NCBI GenBank assembly: GCA_031419835.1
Contig: JANOLP010000191.1
Location: 137 to 64,136 of the forward strand
Length of the DNA stretch: 64,000 nt
Direction: 5' to 3'
DNA from: Pseudomonadota bacterium
GTDB lineage: Bacteria; Pseudomonadota; Gammaproteobacteria; Burkholderiales; JALYOK01
A program made the position numbers and the translations under genes. A model generated the notes under the pieces. It saw only the letters and a program-made list of their open reading frames with translations. It was not told the DNA's origin and searched no databases. This document shows positions 9,274 through 19,240 of the stretch, piece after piece (within the stretch, counting starts at the first letter, position 1; the number at the start of each line of letters is the position of its first letter).

Positions 9274-9747
9274 TCATGCCGCTGAGACCGCCGAACGCCG
9301 ATCTCGCGTCCGAGAGCCACGCCGGTCGATGCTATTTGCACGACGCCGCTCGGCCACCGCGGACAAGCGCACTTCCACATTGTGTCGCCGATCAGTCGAG
9401 CAGCGTCTGTCGCTACGCGCGCGGCGCTCGGGAAAATCGATCACATCGCTCGACGCTAAACAGTGACGGACAAATTGTTCCAAGTCGCGGGACTGATACA
9501 CAACACTACCATGTGAATAAAAAAACGGTATCGTCGGATCGAACTTTCGATCGTTATCAAGCCAAGCGCTGGCCTGCTTTCTCGGCATAAAGCGTTGCAG
9601 CAGGCCGCTTGCCTCGTCGGCACTGACCCAACGAGATGGATTTGTTCGTTCCATATCTTCCGCCTTCCTTGAAGTATCAAACCCGCGGAGACAAACCATT
9701 AAATCGCGTACACTCTTATTATCGAACTTTTCGCTAAAAAAAAGCAA
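9274..9747 (-). CDS. Hypothetical protein with an Arg-rich DRR-repeat C-terminal tail
   Basis: 157-aa ORF. The likely true start is MERTNPSRW (about 9654). The tail reads SDRRCSTDRRHN...ERRRANSIDRRGSRTRDRR. I recognise no family. Confidence 0.4.
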   Translation of the reverse strand: MLFFSEKFDNKSVRDLMVCLRGFDTSRKAEDMERTNPSRWVSADEASGLLQRFMPRKQASAWLDNDRKFDPTIPFFYSHGSVVYQSRDLEQFVRHCLASSDVIDFPERRARSDRRCSTDRRHNVEVRLSAVAERRRANSIDRRGSRTRDRRSAVSAA

Positions 9748-9822
9748 TCGTCAATGACCCAAAATCGCTCGACGTCCGTTAACACTGGTGCCTTACCCAC
9801 ACTCCCCGAAAGGAACGTTGCG

Positions 9823-11343
9823 ATGAAGAGAAAACTATTTGCTGCCCTTTGCCCGAGCCTATTTATGCTACCTTCAACCGAAGTTTTCGCCGATGAAAAC
9901 AACGCAACCGCGCTAACCATCTACAGTTCTGCGCAAGCCGGGGCGATTTCTCCAGAAATCTACCGCGATGGCGGCAACGGCCAAAATGTGCCGGGCTACG
10001 CGCTGATTCGCCAAGAGCGCAAGGTTATCCTCGATAAATCGCGAAGCGTCGTGCGTTTCACCGACGTTGCAGCGCTGATCGATCCGACGACGGTGTCATT
10101 TACGTCCCTGACCGATCCGGAAGGCACGCGCGTGATCGAACAGAATTATCAGTTCGATTTAGTCAGCACCGATAAAGTGCTGCACAAATATATCGACAAT
10201 GAAATCAGCGTCGAGCAGCAGCGTGGCGACAAGACTGAAGTCATCGATGGCGTGCTCACCAGCACCGCCGGAAATTTGATCTTGCGAAAGGAAGATGGCA
10301 GCATTCGCATTGTCAATGGCTATTCGGGCATCAAGTTGCCGAAATTACCCGGCGGTTTGATTACCAAGCCAACGTTGGTCTGGGATATCGCTACCAGCAA
10401 GCCAGGTGAACACCGCACCCGCGTTGCCTATCAAACGACTGGCATCACATGGTGGGCGGATTACAACTTCACCTATTCCGAAGGTAAAGACGCGAATTCT
10501 TGCAAGCTGGACGCCAGCGCCTGGGTCAGCATTTTGAATCAATCCGGGGGCAGTTACCACGATGCAAAACTAAAGCTCATCGCCGGCGATGTCCAGCGCG
10601 CGCAACCCGCGCCCTCGCCGCGGATGCTGATGAAAGGCCGTGTTGCTGAAATGGCGATGGCGGACGCCGCGCCGGCGTTCGAAGAAAAAGCATTCTTCGA
10701 ATATCATCTTTATACCCTGGGTTTTCCAACGACGTTGCCGGACAACTCAACCAAGCAAATTGAATTGTTCCCCGCCGCGCGCGGCGTGCCGTGCGAAAAA
10801 ACTTTGCTTTATGTCGGTCAAGCTGCGCCTTACTACAACTATGGCAGCCCGATGTTCGATCGCAATTTTGGCGTGGAATCGAATAAGAAAGTCGATGTGT
10901 TTATTTCATTCAAAAACACCAAAGAAAATAAGTTAGGTATGCCCTTGCCCGCCGGACGTATCCGCGTAAGCAAGCTCGATACCGCTGACAATAGCTTGGA
11001 ATTTATCGGCGAAGACCGGATTGATCACACGCCGAAAAACGAAAAAGTGTTACTAAAATTGGGCAGCGCGTTTGACGTTGTCGGTGAGCGCCGTCAGGTA
11101 GATTTTCGCGTCGACACGAACGCGAAGTGGATGGAAGAAGATATCGAAATTAAAATTCGCAATCAAAAAGATGAACCGGTTACCGTGATTGCGAAGGAAA
11201 GTTTGTATCGCTGGAGCAATTGGAAAATCAGCAAAAATTCCATGCCCTTTGATAAGCAAGATGCGCATACGGTACATTTTCCGGTGAAGCTCGCTAAGGG
11301 CGCTGAGGCCGTAGTACGCTACACAGTGCGTTATACCTGGTAA
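9823..11343 (+). CDS. Secreted DUF4139-like protein
   Basis: The ORF spans 9754..11343. The signal-peptide-like MKRKLFAALCPSLFMLPSTEVFA begins at 9823. The motifs TGITWWADYNF and KLKLIAGDVQRA resemble DUF4139 proteins (from memory). Confidence 0.65.
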   Translation: MKRKLFAALCPSLFMLPSTEVFADENNATALTIYSSAQAGAISPEIYRDGGNGQNVPGYALIRQERKVILDKSRSVVRFTDVAALIDPTTVSFTSLTDPEGTRVIEQNYQFDLVSTDKVLHKYIDNEISVEQQRGDKTEVIDGVLTSTAGNLILRKEDGSIRIVNGYSGIKLPKLPGGLITKPTLVWDIATSKPGEHRTRVAYQTTGITWWADYNFTYSEGKDANSCKLDASAWVSILNQSGGSYHDAKLKLIAGDVQRAQPAPSPRMLMKGRVAEMAMADAAPAFEEKAFFEYHLYTLGFPTTLPDNSTKQIELFPAARGVPCEKTLLYVGQAAPYYNYGSPMFDRNFGVESNKKVDVFISFKNTKENKLGMPLPAGRIRVSKLDTADNSLEFIGEDRIDHTPKNEKVLLKLGSAFDVVGERRQVDFRVDTNAKWMEEDIEIKIRNQKDEPVTVIAKESLYRWSNWKISKNSMPFDKQDAHTVHFPVKLAKGAEAVVRYTVRYTW

Positions 11344-11551
11344 ATCCCATCGATCTAGCGGGTTCGGCCGTCGACGCTGGCACGACGTGTGACGATTGGC
11401 GTGGCGTGGTTTTCATGGTTCAGCTTTATCTTTGTTCAAGCGTCGCAAAAACATTAAACATGTTGCCCTGGGAGGCAATATCCATGCGGCTCGCAGGCCA
11501 TGTATCGCCAGGCGGCACGCAGGAAGGGGCTCGTGGCGTGGCATCGGTAGA

Positions 11552-11619
11552 GTGCGCAATGCGCACGCGGACTGATTCACCGCATCGGTTGATCAACAAT
11601 CCGCGTGCGCGGTGCGCAC
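11552..11619. repeat. Pair of GTGCGCA-N-TGCGCAC palindromes forming a ~19-bp inverted repeat
   Basis: GTGCGCAATGCGCACGCGG (11552-11570) and CCGCGTGCGCGGTGCGCAC (11601-11619) are reverse complements with 2 mismatches, separated by 30 nt. They lie in the intergenic region upstream of the 11727 gene. Confidence 0.55.
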
Positions 11620-11726
11620 CCTACGTCTGCTAAATCGTGCGTTATACTTGGCAATGTCATCGCGCCAGGAGTCGCATGGATACTGGTTCTCAAGGCATGT
11701 AACAACAACTAATTTTTGGAGGAGCA

Positions 11727-12617
11727 ATGATGAAACAACGTATCGGTTTTATCGGCGTTGGATTGATGGGCCACGGTATGGCGAAAAATCTGGTTGAAAA
11801 AGGTTTCCCGTTGACCGTGTTGGGCCACAAGAAACGAGCGCCGGTGGAGGACCTTAAAAAGCGCGGCGCGAAGGAAGCGAAATCAGTCAAAGCGTTAGTT
11901 GAAGCATCGGACGTGGTTATTTTGTGCGTGACCGGCACGCCGCAAGTAGAAGATATGATCTATCGCGCTGACGGCATTCGCGCCGCGGCACGTAAGGGTT
12001 TGACCGTGATCGATTGCTCTACCAGTGAGCCGCCGTCGACTGCAAAAATCTATGCTGAAATGAAAAAGCTCGGCGTCACCTTCGTTGACGCACCGCTCAC
12101 GCGCACACCGATCGAAGCCGAGCAAGGACGATTGAATACCTTAGTCGGCGCCGAAGCAAAAGTTCTAAAAGCGATTCGTCCGATTCTCGAAGCGTTTTGC
12201 GAAAATATTTTTCACATCGGCGGGCCGGTCAGCGGGCATCAAATCAAACTCATCAACAATTTTTTCGCCATTGGCCAAGGCGTGCTGATTTCGGAAATGT
12301 TTAGCGCGCTGGGAAAGGTCGGCATCGATCCGAGAAAATTAGTTGAACTCGTCAGCAAAGGTGCGGCGAACTCAGGGTTGTTTCAACTGATTGCCGGCGG
12401 TGCGGCCGAGGGCGATTACGCGCGGATGAAATTTGCGATCGCGAATGCATCGAAAGACGTGACTTACTACAACCGCATGCTTGATAGCCTCGGATTGATG
12501 GGGCCAATTGCGGCCGCGTTGCAGCAATCATTGAAGCACGCGGTCGCGCTCGGCTACGGCGACAAGATGGTGCCGTCGCTGGTGGAAGCTCAGCGCGAAA
12601 TTAACCGGCTGAAATGA
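11727..12617 (+). CDS. NAD(P)-dependent oxidoreductase, 3-hydroxyisobutyrate / 6-phosphogluconate dehydrogenase-like family
   Basis: 296-aa ORF with the Rossmann motif IGFIGVGLMGHGMAKNL. A GGAGGA RBS lies upstream. Confidence 0.85.
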   Translation: MMKQRIGFIGVGLMGHGMAKNLVEKGFPLTVLGHKKRAPVEDLKKRGAKEAKSVKALVEASDVVILCVTGTPQVEDMIYRADGIRAAARKGLTVIDCSTSEPPSTAKIYAEMKKLGVTFVDAPLTRTPIEAEQGRLNTLVGAEAKVLKAIRPILEAFCENIFHIGGPVSGHQIKLINNFFAIGQGVLISEMFSALGKVGIDPRKLVELVSKGAANSGLFQLIAGGAAEGDYARMKFAIANASKDVTYYNRMLDSLGLMGPIAAALQQSLKHAVALGYGDKMVPSLVEAQREINRLK

Positions 12618-12618
12618 A

Positions 12619-13056
12619 CTACTGAAGTTTGTCTGGAAGAATGGGGAATTGCGGCAGCGGTAAGACGTCGATGCCCTCGTCGCTTAGTTCCGCTACTTCT
12701 TGCTGCGAGGCGCTGCCGCGAATGCTGCGCGCCTCGGTTTCGCCGTAATGAATCTTGCGGGCTTCTTCGGGGAACTCGCGACCGACGTCCTCGGTATGAT
12801 TGCGTAAATACGTCATCATTTTTCGCCACATGACTTCGGGCGACATGTTGTGCGACATCGCCACAGCCGTGCGCGTCGGCGCCGAATGTTTTGCCACATT
12901 TAACCGCGGCGCAGCGAGTTGGCGAAGAATGGTCGTCGAAGCGCACATTGGGCACGATACATTGCCGTTCGCCTGCTGAGCTTCGAAACCCTCAAGCGAA
13001 TCAAACCAACCTTCGAATGCATGGCCTTGCTCGCACTTTAAGTCGTATACAACCAT
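12619..13056 (-). CDS. DUF1178 family zinc-ribbon protein
   Basis: 145-aa ORF beginning MVVYDLKCEQGHAFEGWF...CPMC, which is typical of DUF1178. Confidence 0.75.
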   Translation of the reverse strand: MVVYDLKCEQGHAFEGWFDSLEGFEAQQANGNVSCPMCASTTILRQLAAPRLNVAKHSAPTRTAVAMSHNMSPEVMWRKMMTYLRNHTEDVGREFPEEARKIHYGETEARSIRGSASQQEVAELSDEGIDVLPLPQFPILPDKLQ

Positions 13057-13085
13057 AGCGATCGTGGGTTTAGCTCATGGATGAG

Positions 13086-13517
13086 CTATTTCGCCACTTG
13101 CCTCTCGCGCATTTCTTCCAGCGTTTTACAATCGATACAAAGGGTTGCCGTTGGCCGTGCCAACAGACGCTTTAGGCCAATTTCAATGCCGCAAGCGTCG
13201 CAATATCCGTATTCGCTCGCATCGATTTTCGCGATCATCTCGTCGATTTTCTTGATCATCTTGCGTTCGCGATCGCGATTGCGCAATTCCAGCGCCATGT
13301 CGGATTCCTGCGTCGCGCGATCATTTGGGTCGGCGAATATCGTTGCTTCGTCTTGCATCGTATGCACGGTGCGATCAATGTCCACACCTAGGTCGGCTTT
13401 CCACTCATCCAGCAGCTTGCGGAAATGACCAAGCTGACGCTTGCTCATATAGGCCTCGCCCTTCTTTTCAACATATGGGGCGAATTGCTTAGTTGTTACT
13501 TCACGCATGGATCCCAT
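13086..13517 (-). CDS. dksA: RNA polymerase-binding transcription factor DksA
   Basis: 143-aa ORF with a coiled-coil region containing the acidic tip motif. It has the C4 zinc finger CDACGIEIGLKRLLARPTATLCIDC. Confidence 0.9.
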   Translation of the reverse strand: MGSMREVTTKQFAPYVEKKGEAYMSKRQLGHFRKLLDEWKADLGVDIDRTVHTMQDEATIFADPNDRATQESDMALELRNRDRERKMIKKIDEMIAKIDASEYGYCDACGIEIGLKRLLARPTATLCIDCKTLEEMRERQVAK

Positions 13518-13709
13518 TAATCATTACCCATTCTTAAAATAAGGAGCAGAAAATCAAAATAAACTGGCCGAACTAAATGGTAAATAATAGCATAGAACAG
13601 TTACGCGATCGAAGTACCCTTACGCTTAAAATTCTATTTGCCGCCAATGCAGTTCAAATCGTCTAATCGGTTAAACTCGTAATATTCTCAACGATTTGGA
13701 GGGGCGGTC

Positions 13710-14243
13710 GTGAATCGTCTAGCACAACAAAAATATACTAACGTCGCCATTTGGTTGCATTGGATCATCGGCATCGCGCTTTTGGTACAGATCGCACTCG
13801 GGTTGTTCATGGTGGATATTCCGAAAGAAACGCCGGATCGCGCGTGGTATTTCAATTTGCACAAGTCCATCGGCGTGACCCTCGCAGTGTTCATTTTGCT
13901 GAGAATCGGGTGGCGTCTTGGTCATCGCCCGCCGCCGCTTGACCGCATCATCCCCGCTTGGCAAGTCGCCGCGTCAAAAATCAGCCACTGGGCGCTTTAT
14001 TTGGGCATGGTCGCGATGCCGGTTACCGGTATCATCATGTCTTCGTACAGTAAGTATGGGATAAAGGCCTGGGGCATTAAATTGCTCGCCGGGAGCGACG
14101 ATGAAGGCGCTCGCGAGTTTTGGCTAGAACTGCATGAGATTTCGGCGGATATTTTGATGGTCTTAATCGCAGTTCATATCGTCGCCGCCCTGAAGCACTT
14201 AATCGTCGAAAAGAATGGCGTGTTTCAGCGCATCCTTCCTTAG
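13710..14243 (+). CDS. Cytochrome b561 (CybB) family protein
   Basis: 177-aa ORF with four TM helices. Conserved His residues include VAIWLHWIIG and HISADILMVLIAVHIVAALKH. Confidence 0.8.
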   Translation: MNRLAQQKYTNVAIWLHWIIGIALLVQIALGLFMVDIPKETPDRAWYFNLHKSIGVTLAVFILLRIGWRLGHRPPPLDRIIPAWQVAASKISHWALYLGMVAMPVTGIIMSSYSKYGIKAWGIKLLAGSDDEGAREFWLELHEISADILMVLIAVHIVAALKHLIVEKNGVFQRILP

Positions 14244-14918
14244 CTAATCGCGCGCACCGGCATTCTCCAATAACGCCACTACGTCGGCGTTTTTGGCCTC
14301 GCGGGCAATGACAAGCGCCGTTTTGCCGCGATTATCCTTGAGGTTCCGATCAGCCTTGGCTTCGAGTAACACCTTGACGCTTTCAGGATCGCCGTGACCC
14401 GCAGCCCACATCAGCGCCGTGAGGTCGTTGTGGTAGCGAGCGTCAACGGCAACGCCATGCTCCAAAAAGGTTTTAAGAACTTGAGCCTGTCCATTGCCCG
14501 CCGCCAACACCATCGCTGTTTTCTGCGATTGATCCTGTAGGTGAATGTCGGCGCCCTGTCCTAATAATAATTTTGCGATCAACTCGTGGCCTTGGAATGC
14601 GGCGCTCATTAGCGGCGTAATTTTTTCTAAATTCGTCTGATTTACGTTACTGCCCGCGCCGAGTAATATTTTAACCATCTCGACATTGCCGTTACGTGCC
14701 GCAAGGTTCAGAGGCGTATCGCCGGCGCGGTTGCGTGAATTCGGCCTGGCGCCGGCGTTCAGCGCCCGGGTAAGCAAATCAATTTGATTGCGCTTTGCCG
14801 CTGAGATCAGTTGTGCGTTAATGTTCATGGACTGAGAGGATTCTTGCGCGTTGACGGACGGAATAACTAGCAGAATCAGAGCCAACATTTTGGTGATGCG
14901 TAGCAACATTTTTTCCAA
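14244..14918 (-). CDS. Secreted ankyrin-repeat protein
   Basis: It has a signal peptide (MLALILLVIPSVNA) and at least five repeats of the TPLxxAAxxGxxxxVxxLLxxGA type. Confidence 0.85.
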   Translation of the reverse strand: MEKMLLRITKMLALILLVIPSVNAQESSQSMNINAQLISAAKRNQIDLLTRALNAGARPNSRNRAGDTPLNLAARNGNVEMVKILLGAGSNVNQTNLEKITPLMSAAFQGHELIAKLLLGQGADIHLQDQSQKTAMVLAAGNGQAQVLKTFLEHGVAVDARYHNDLTALMWAAGHGDPESVKVLLEAKADRNLKDNRGKTALVIAREAKNADVVALLENAGARD

Positions 14919-15031
14919 CCTTTAACTGTGTAATAATAGCGCCGCGATATTGTATCGGAGACGTAATGACTTCCCCGCATTCAATTTACCTAAAACGTTA
15001 AATTTGTTCGCAATACAACATTGGAGGCCAC

Positions 15032-16756
15032 ATGAAATTTATTGAGTCAAAACTCGCGCTAGGATTAGCGACAAGCCTTTTGATTTCGTCCGCTGCATTT
15101 GCAGCAGAGGAAATTCAAGGCGGTGCAGTTATCGCTGCTAAGCCCATGTCTAGCAGTCTTGTCCCAGTTACCCAAGCGATGCTTAGCGCATCCGAGGGCG
15201 ATGGCAAGCATTGGCTGCACTCGAATGGCAACTACGCGCAAACGCGTTACTATCCCGCATCGCAAATTCACACCGGCAACGTCGGCAAACTAAAGCCGGC
15301 ATTTGTGTTCCAAACCGCCGTGTTGGAATCGATGGAAACCGCACCGCTGGTCGTTAATGGCGTGATGTTCCTCACGACATCGTACAACCACATCTATGCC
15401 ATTGACGCGGTAACCGGCGAAGAGTTTTGGCATTACAAACATAAAATGGGCGCCGTCACGACATTCTGCTGTGGCCCAAACAACCGTGGTGTGGCAGCGC
15501 TCGACGGTAAGCTCTTTATGGGCACGTTGGACGCAAAGCTCGTCGCCCTTGATGCTAAATCCGGCAAAGTACTGTGGGAAACCGAAATTGCCGATCCTGA
15601 GCTCGGCTATTCCGAAACCATGGCGCCCGCTGCAGTGGACGGCAAAGTGTTGATCGGCACCAACGGTGGCGAATACGGCATCCGCGGTTTCGTCAAAGCC
15701 TATGACGCGAACGACGGCAAATTGCTGTGGACCTTTCACACCATTCCGGAAAAAGGTCACGAAGGTATTTGGAACCCGAACGACGCAACCAATCGTGACA
15801 TGAAGCGCGACATCGCAGCGGAAAAAGCAGCCCTCGCTAAAAACGGCGGCGACTTTTACAAAACCCTGGGCGGTGGCGTGTGGATGACCCCGGCGGTGGA
15901 TACGGATAGCAAAACCGCATTCTTCGTCGTCGGCAATCCTTCCCCTGACCTGTATGGCGCAGAACGTCCTGGTGACAACCTCTACACCGACTCGATCGTT
16001 GCTGTGGACCTGAACACCGGCGCGTACAAATGGCACTATCAGTATGTCGCGCACGATGTGTGGGATCTGGACGCAGTCAGCCCACCTATCCTAACTGACG
16101 CCGCCGGCAAAGACGGCAAAATGCGCAAAGTGGTGATTCATGGCGGCAAGACCGGCCATATCTATGTGCATGACCGCGTAACCGGCGAATTGATCCGCTT
16201 TTCCGATGCAATGGTGCCGCAAGATGGTTTGTGGACATTACCCACCAAAGAAGGCGCGCGTATGAATCTTGGCGCCAACGGCGGTGTGGAGTGGAGCCCA
16301 ATGGCTGTGAATCCAAAGACCCGCATGGCCTACGCCGCAAATCTGATCCAGCCGATGACCTATCACGTCGAAGCTGCTGCCTATCCGGGTGGTAAGCTGT
16401 GGTTGGGTGGTGCGTTCAAGACCATCCCCGGCGTTGCTCAGACCGGTCGTATCAGTGCAGTTAACATGGACACCGGTAAGATCGCTTGGGAAGTCAACAC
16501 GCCGCAGCCGCTGATGGGTGGCCTGTTGGCGACCGCCGGCGGCTTGGTGTTCAACCGCGAATGCAAAGGTTGGTTCAAATCGTTTTACGCCAAGAACGGC
16601 AAAGAGCTGTGGAAGTTCAACTGTGGCGCCGGTGCAAATGCCCCGGCCGTTTCTTACACCGTCAACGGTAAGCAATACATCGCCGTTGCGGCAGGTGGGA
16701 ACACCCAATTGGACTTTAAACGCGGCAACAGCGTATTTGTTTTCGCGCTGCCGTAA
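15032..16756 (+). CDS. PQQ-dependent alcohol dehydrogenase, methanol/ethanol family, with lanthanide-type extra Asp
   Basis: 574-aa ORF with a signal peptide and the vicinal-Cys ring [10 protein letters not shown]. It shows an eight-bladed-propeller W-motif pattern. The active-site stretch HDVWDLD places D-x-D at 16064-16072. Confidence 0.9.
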   Translation: MKFIESKLALGLATSLLISSAAFAAEEIQGGAVIAAKPMSSSLVPVTQAMLSASEGDGKHWLHSNGNYAQTRYYPASQIHTGNVGKLKPAFVFQTAVLESMETAPLVVNGVMFLTTSYNHIYAIDAVTGEEFWHYKHKMGAVTTFCCGPNNRGVAALDGKLFMGTLDAKLVALDAKSGKVLWETEIADPELGYSETMAPAAVDGKVLIGTNGGEYGIRGFVKAYDANDGKLLWTFHTIPEKGHEGIWNPNDATNRDMKRDIAAEKAALAKNGGDFYKTLGGGVWMTPAVDTDSKTAFFVVGNPSPDLYGAERPGDNLYTDSIVAVDLNTGAYKWHYQYVAHDVWDLDAVSPPILTDAAGKDGKMRKVVIHGGKTGHIYVHDRVTGELIRFSDAMVPQDGLWTLPTKEGARMNLGANGGVEWSPMAVNPKTRMAYAANLIQPMTYHVEAAAYPGGKLWLGGAFKTIPGVAQTGRISAVNMDTGKIAWEVNTPQPLMGGLLATAGGLVFNRECKGWFKSFYAKNGKELWKFNCGAGANAPAVSYTVNGKQYIAVAAGGNTQLDFKRGNSVFVFALP

Positions 16757-16785
16757 ACTTAGAAGTTAATTGTATGTCATAGAAG

Positions 16786-16812
16786 GGCCGCTCCCATGGA
16801 GCGGCCTTTTTT
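16786..16812 (+). terminator. Rho-independent terminator after the PQQ dehydrogenase gene
   Basis: The GGCCGCTCC / GGAGCGGCC stem (16786-16794 and 16798-16806) is followed by TTTTTT (16807-16812). Confidence 0.75.
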
Positions 16813-16835
16813 GCAACTAAGGACTGTGCGTTCAC

Positions 16836-17408
16836 ATGAGAAACGTATTGATTGTATTATGGTTATTGGCGATTGGCGCCACTGCGCTTGCTGATGACGC
16901 GCCAGCCAAAGTCAACACACCTGAAGCCTGTGGCGTGTGCCACGGAATCGATGGCAATTCTCCCGCCGGCGCTTTCCCCAATCTTTCTGGGCAAAACGCG
17001 CGTTATTTGTATTTGCAGCTTAAAGATTTTAAAGAAGGGCGTCGTAACGACCCGTTGATGAGCCCGATTGCGAAGCAATTAGAGAAAAAAGAAATGCAGG
17101 CATTAGCAAAGCACTTTTCGGAACAAAAACCCAAACCAGTGAGCTTCAAAGCCGACAACGCTCGCGCAGCCGCCGGCAAAAAAATCGCTGACGATGCGCT
17201 ATGCCCGATGTGTCACCTCGGCGGATTTGTCGGTCAGAATGAAATTCCGAAAGTTGCCGGCCAACATCCGGAATACGTTCGTAAGCAATTGACCGATTTT
17301 CGCGCTAGAAATCGCACCAACGACGCTGGCAATATGACCGCCTATTCGTCGAACTTAAGCGATGACGACATCGAAAATTTGGTGCACTATATCGGTACAT
17401 TGGATTAG
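16836..17408 (+). CDS. Dihaem c-type cytochrome (c4-like), probable electron acceptor of the PQQ dehydrogenase
   Basis: 190-aa ORF with a signal peptide and two CxxCH motifs (CGVCHG, CPMCHL). Confidence 0.8.
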   Translation: MRNVLIVLWLLAIGATALADDAPAKVNTPEACGVCHGIDGNSPAGAFPNLSGQNARYLYLQLKDFKEGRRNDPLMSPIAKQLEKKEMQALAKHFSEQKPKPVSFKADNARAAAGKKIADDALCPMCHLGGFVGQNEIPKVAGQHPEYVRKQLTDFRARNRTNDAGNMTAYSSNLSDDDIENLVHYIGTLD

Positions 17409-17458
17409 CCTTAATCCGTTGTAATCATTTACTCGATAACTATTTTGGGCGCTGCGCG

Positions 17459-17824
17459 GTGAATAAACTTGCTATCTTTGTTGTTGTTCTATTGGCGATT
17501 GGCGCGTATTTTTATCGCGACCAGATTGTCCCCGCTCAAATCAGTAGTAAAGCACCGCAAAAAATTTATTCTTGGAAAGACAAGGACGGAAGAACGCATT
17601 ACAGTAGCGACAAGTCCGTAGCCCCGGCGGGCGTGAAAACGGCCGATCTACCAGAAATTAGTATCATCGAAACCGATAAAGCCGAGCTAGAAAAGCAAGC
17701 AAAACGGCTGAAGGAAAAAGAAACGCCGGTCGAATCCAGCGAGTTTGAGAAACCCAAGCTGCCTCAGGTTCGAAATTTGGCGTTGGAACGGATGGAAAAA
17801 GCGGCGGAAAATCTAAAAAAATAG
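17459..17824 (+). CDS. DUF4124 domain protein
   Basis: It has an N-terminal TM/signal segment, then YSWKDKDGRTHYSS (DUF4124 signature), then a Lys/Glu-rich tail. Confidence 0.6.
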   Translation: MNKLAIFVVVLLAIGAYFYRDQIVPAQISSKAPQKIYSWKDKDGRTHYSSDKSVAPAGVKTADLPEISIIETDKAELEKQAKRLKEKETPVESSEFEKPKLPQVRNLALERMEKAAENLKK

Positions 17825-18064
17825 AGTCCAATCAGGAAAAGCCGCACCCCGCTTACATTCCCAGGCCATATGCCTGCAAAGGCAATAAGGGCGTGCCGTT
17901 CCGGGCGGCTCAATTCTCAATTAAGCGCGTTTTTTCGCCGAAAAAAATAACTTGTGCTGGGCACGGGCGAATCGCGTTATAATTCACGGCGAACAAAAGA
18001 CCAAAAAATGGCTCGGAAATTGGGGCTAGTAGTAATTGAAGTACGCTGCTGCAAGGAGTAGTAC

Positions 18065-19228
18065 ATGAGTAATGCGCAATCGCATCTAGGTCCGCACGAC
18101 CAACACCTTATCGCGAGCGTCATGCTGGCAGAAATTGCTGGCTATGAGGATCGCCCCGTATTCGAACAGATCGATCTTACCACTCGCACGCGCCAATTAT
18201 TTGAGCGGGCAGTCGCCGAGTCTGGCACCTGCGATGTGCAGATTATTGATCGCGAAGACAGCATCGTATTGCTTTTCCCCGGCGACCCGCGCGATTGTCT
18301 AGGGCTCGCGACTCGGTTAGCGTTAACCTTGGAATCCGAGGATGGCTATTCGAATTTGCCGCTTCGGATAGGCGTAAATTTAGGCCCGATCACGCTTGGT
18401 CGCAACGAACTTGGCGAATTGCGAGTTAGTGGCGCAGGAATTGATGATGCGGAACGGGTCGCCAGAGCCGGCGCGCTGCGCGAAATTCTGATGTCGCGTT
18501 CGTTCTATAGCGTGTTGTCGCGCGCGTCGATGGACGATCGGTTGCTACGCCACAAAACGTTTATTTCGGACGAGCGTGATCAATCGATTGCCGTCTATCA
18601 GTTGGCGCGGCCCGAATCCGCTTTCCCAACGCTTGAAACGCCAAGCGATCGTCCCTCAAAGCCATTGCCGCGCGCGTTTCAACGCGCGGGCCGGAGCGCA
18701 ATCGCCGCTGCAGCGTTGCTTGCGACCGCCGGTATTGCGATTTATCAGGCACAGCCTCCAAGCAATACACCGCTAGTCCAGATGCCCCAAACCGCCCCTA
18801 CACCAAGAGTGACCGTTGCGGCGAAAGTTATGCCCACGGCAACGAATGCCGCCATTGTTGTCACTGAGCCCGATTCACCACTCGTGATAACACCAGAAAC
18901 CGTCGCCAGGGCTGGCGATTCGATCGAAATACCAATTTTCACGCAAGAAACGTCCGCAGCCGTGCCTAATGTCATGGCCGATGCGCGCGACACGCCTCGC
19001 AAAGCGCTACCCGTTCGACCGGTTACGGTGCAACTTGCGATAAAGCCGTGGGGCGAGGTTTTTGTTGACGGAAAGAAAGTCGGCGTCACACCGCCGCTGC
19101 ATAAAATCGCCATTTCGCCCGGCAAGCGTCAGATCGTAGTTCGCAATTCCGATTTTTTACCGTTCGAAACGACTCTTGATATTCAGCCTGAGTCTTTACT
19201 ACAAATTTCTCACCGATTCGATAAGTAA
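18065..19228 (+). CDS. Membrane protein with an N-terminal cyclase-homology-like (probably degenerate) domain and a C-terminal PEGA domain
   Basis: 387-aa ORF. The N-terminal ~170 aa resemble the class III cyclase fold (VMLAEIAGYED ... LLFPGDP ... IGVNLGPI), but the first metal Asp position is Glu. It has a central TM (AIAAAALLATAGIAIY). The C-terminal VFVDGKKVGVTP...PGKRQIVVRN is PEGA-like. Confidence 0.5.
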   Translation: MSNAQSHLGPHDQHLIASVMLAEIAGYEDRPVFEQIDLTTRTRQLFERAVAESGTCDVQIIDREDSIVLLFPGDPRDCLGLATRLALTLESEDGYSNLPLRIGVNLGPITLGRNELGELRVSGAGIDDAERVARAGALREILMSRSFYSVLSRASMDDRLLRHKTFISDERDQSIAVYQLARPESAFPTLETPSDRPSKPLPRAFQRAGRSAIAAAALLATAGIAIYQAQPPSNTPLVQMPQTAPTPRVTVAAKVMPTATNAAIVVTEPDSPLVITPETVARAGDSIEIPIFTQETSAAVPNVMADARDTPRKALPVRPVTVQLAIKPWGEVFVDGKKVGVTPPLHKIAISPGKRQIVVRNSDFLPFETTLDIQPESLLQISHRFDK

Positions 19229-19240
19229 TTTCTCATAGCG

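Noticed and set aside
15290-16054. 254-aa minus-strand ORF inside the PQQ dehydrogenase gene. Similar long antisense ORFs occur at 21726..22405 (pyc), 27506..28057 and 28977..29939 (secA), 41972..42634 (mfd), 48016..48693, 49376..50014 (dapB) and 50896..51597 (miaB).
   Set aside because: These are shadow ORFs opposite strongly conserved genes. They have biased Arg/His/Val-rich composition and no recognisable motifs.
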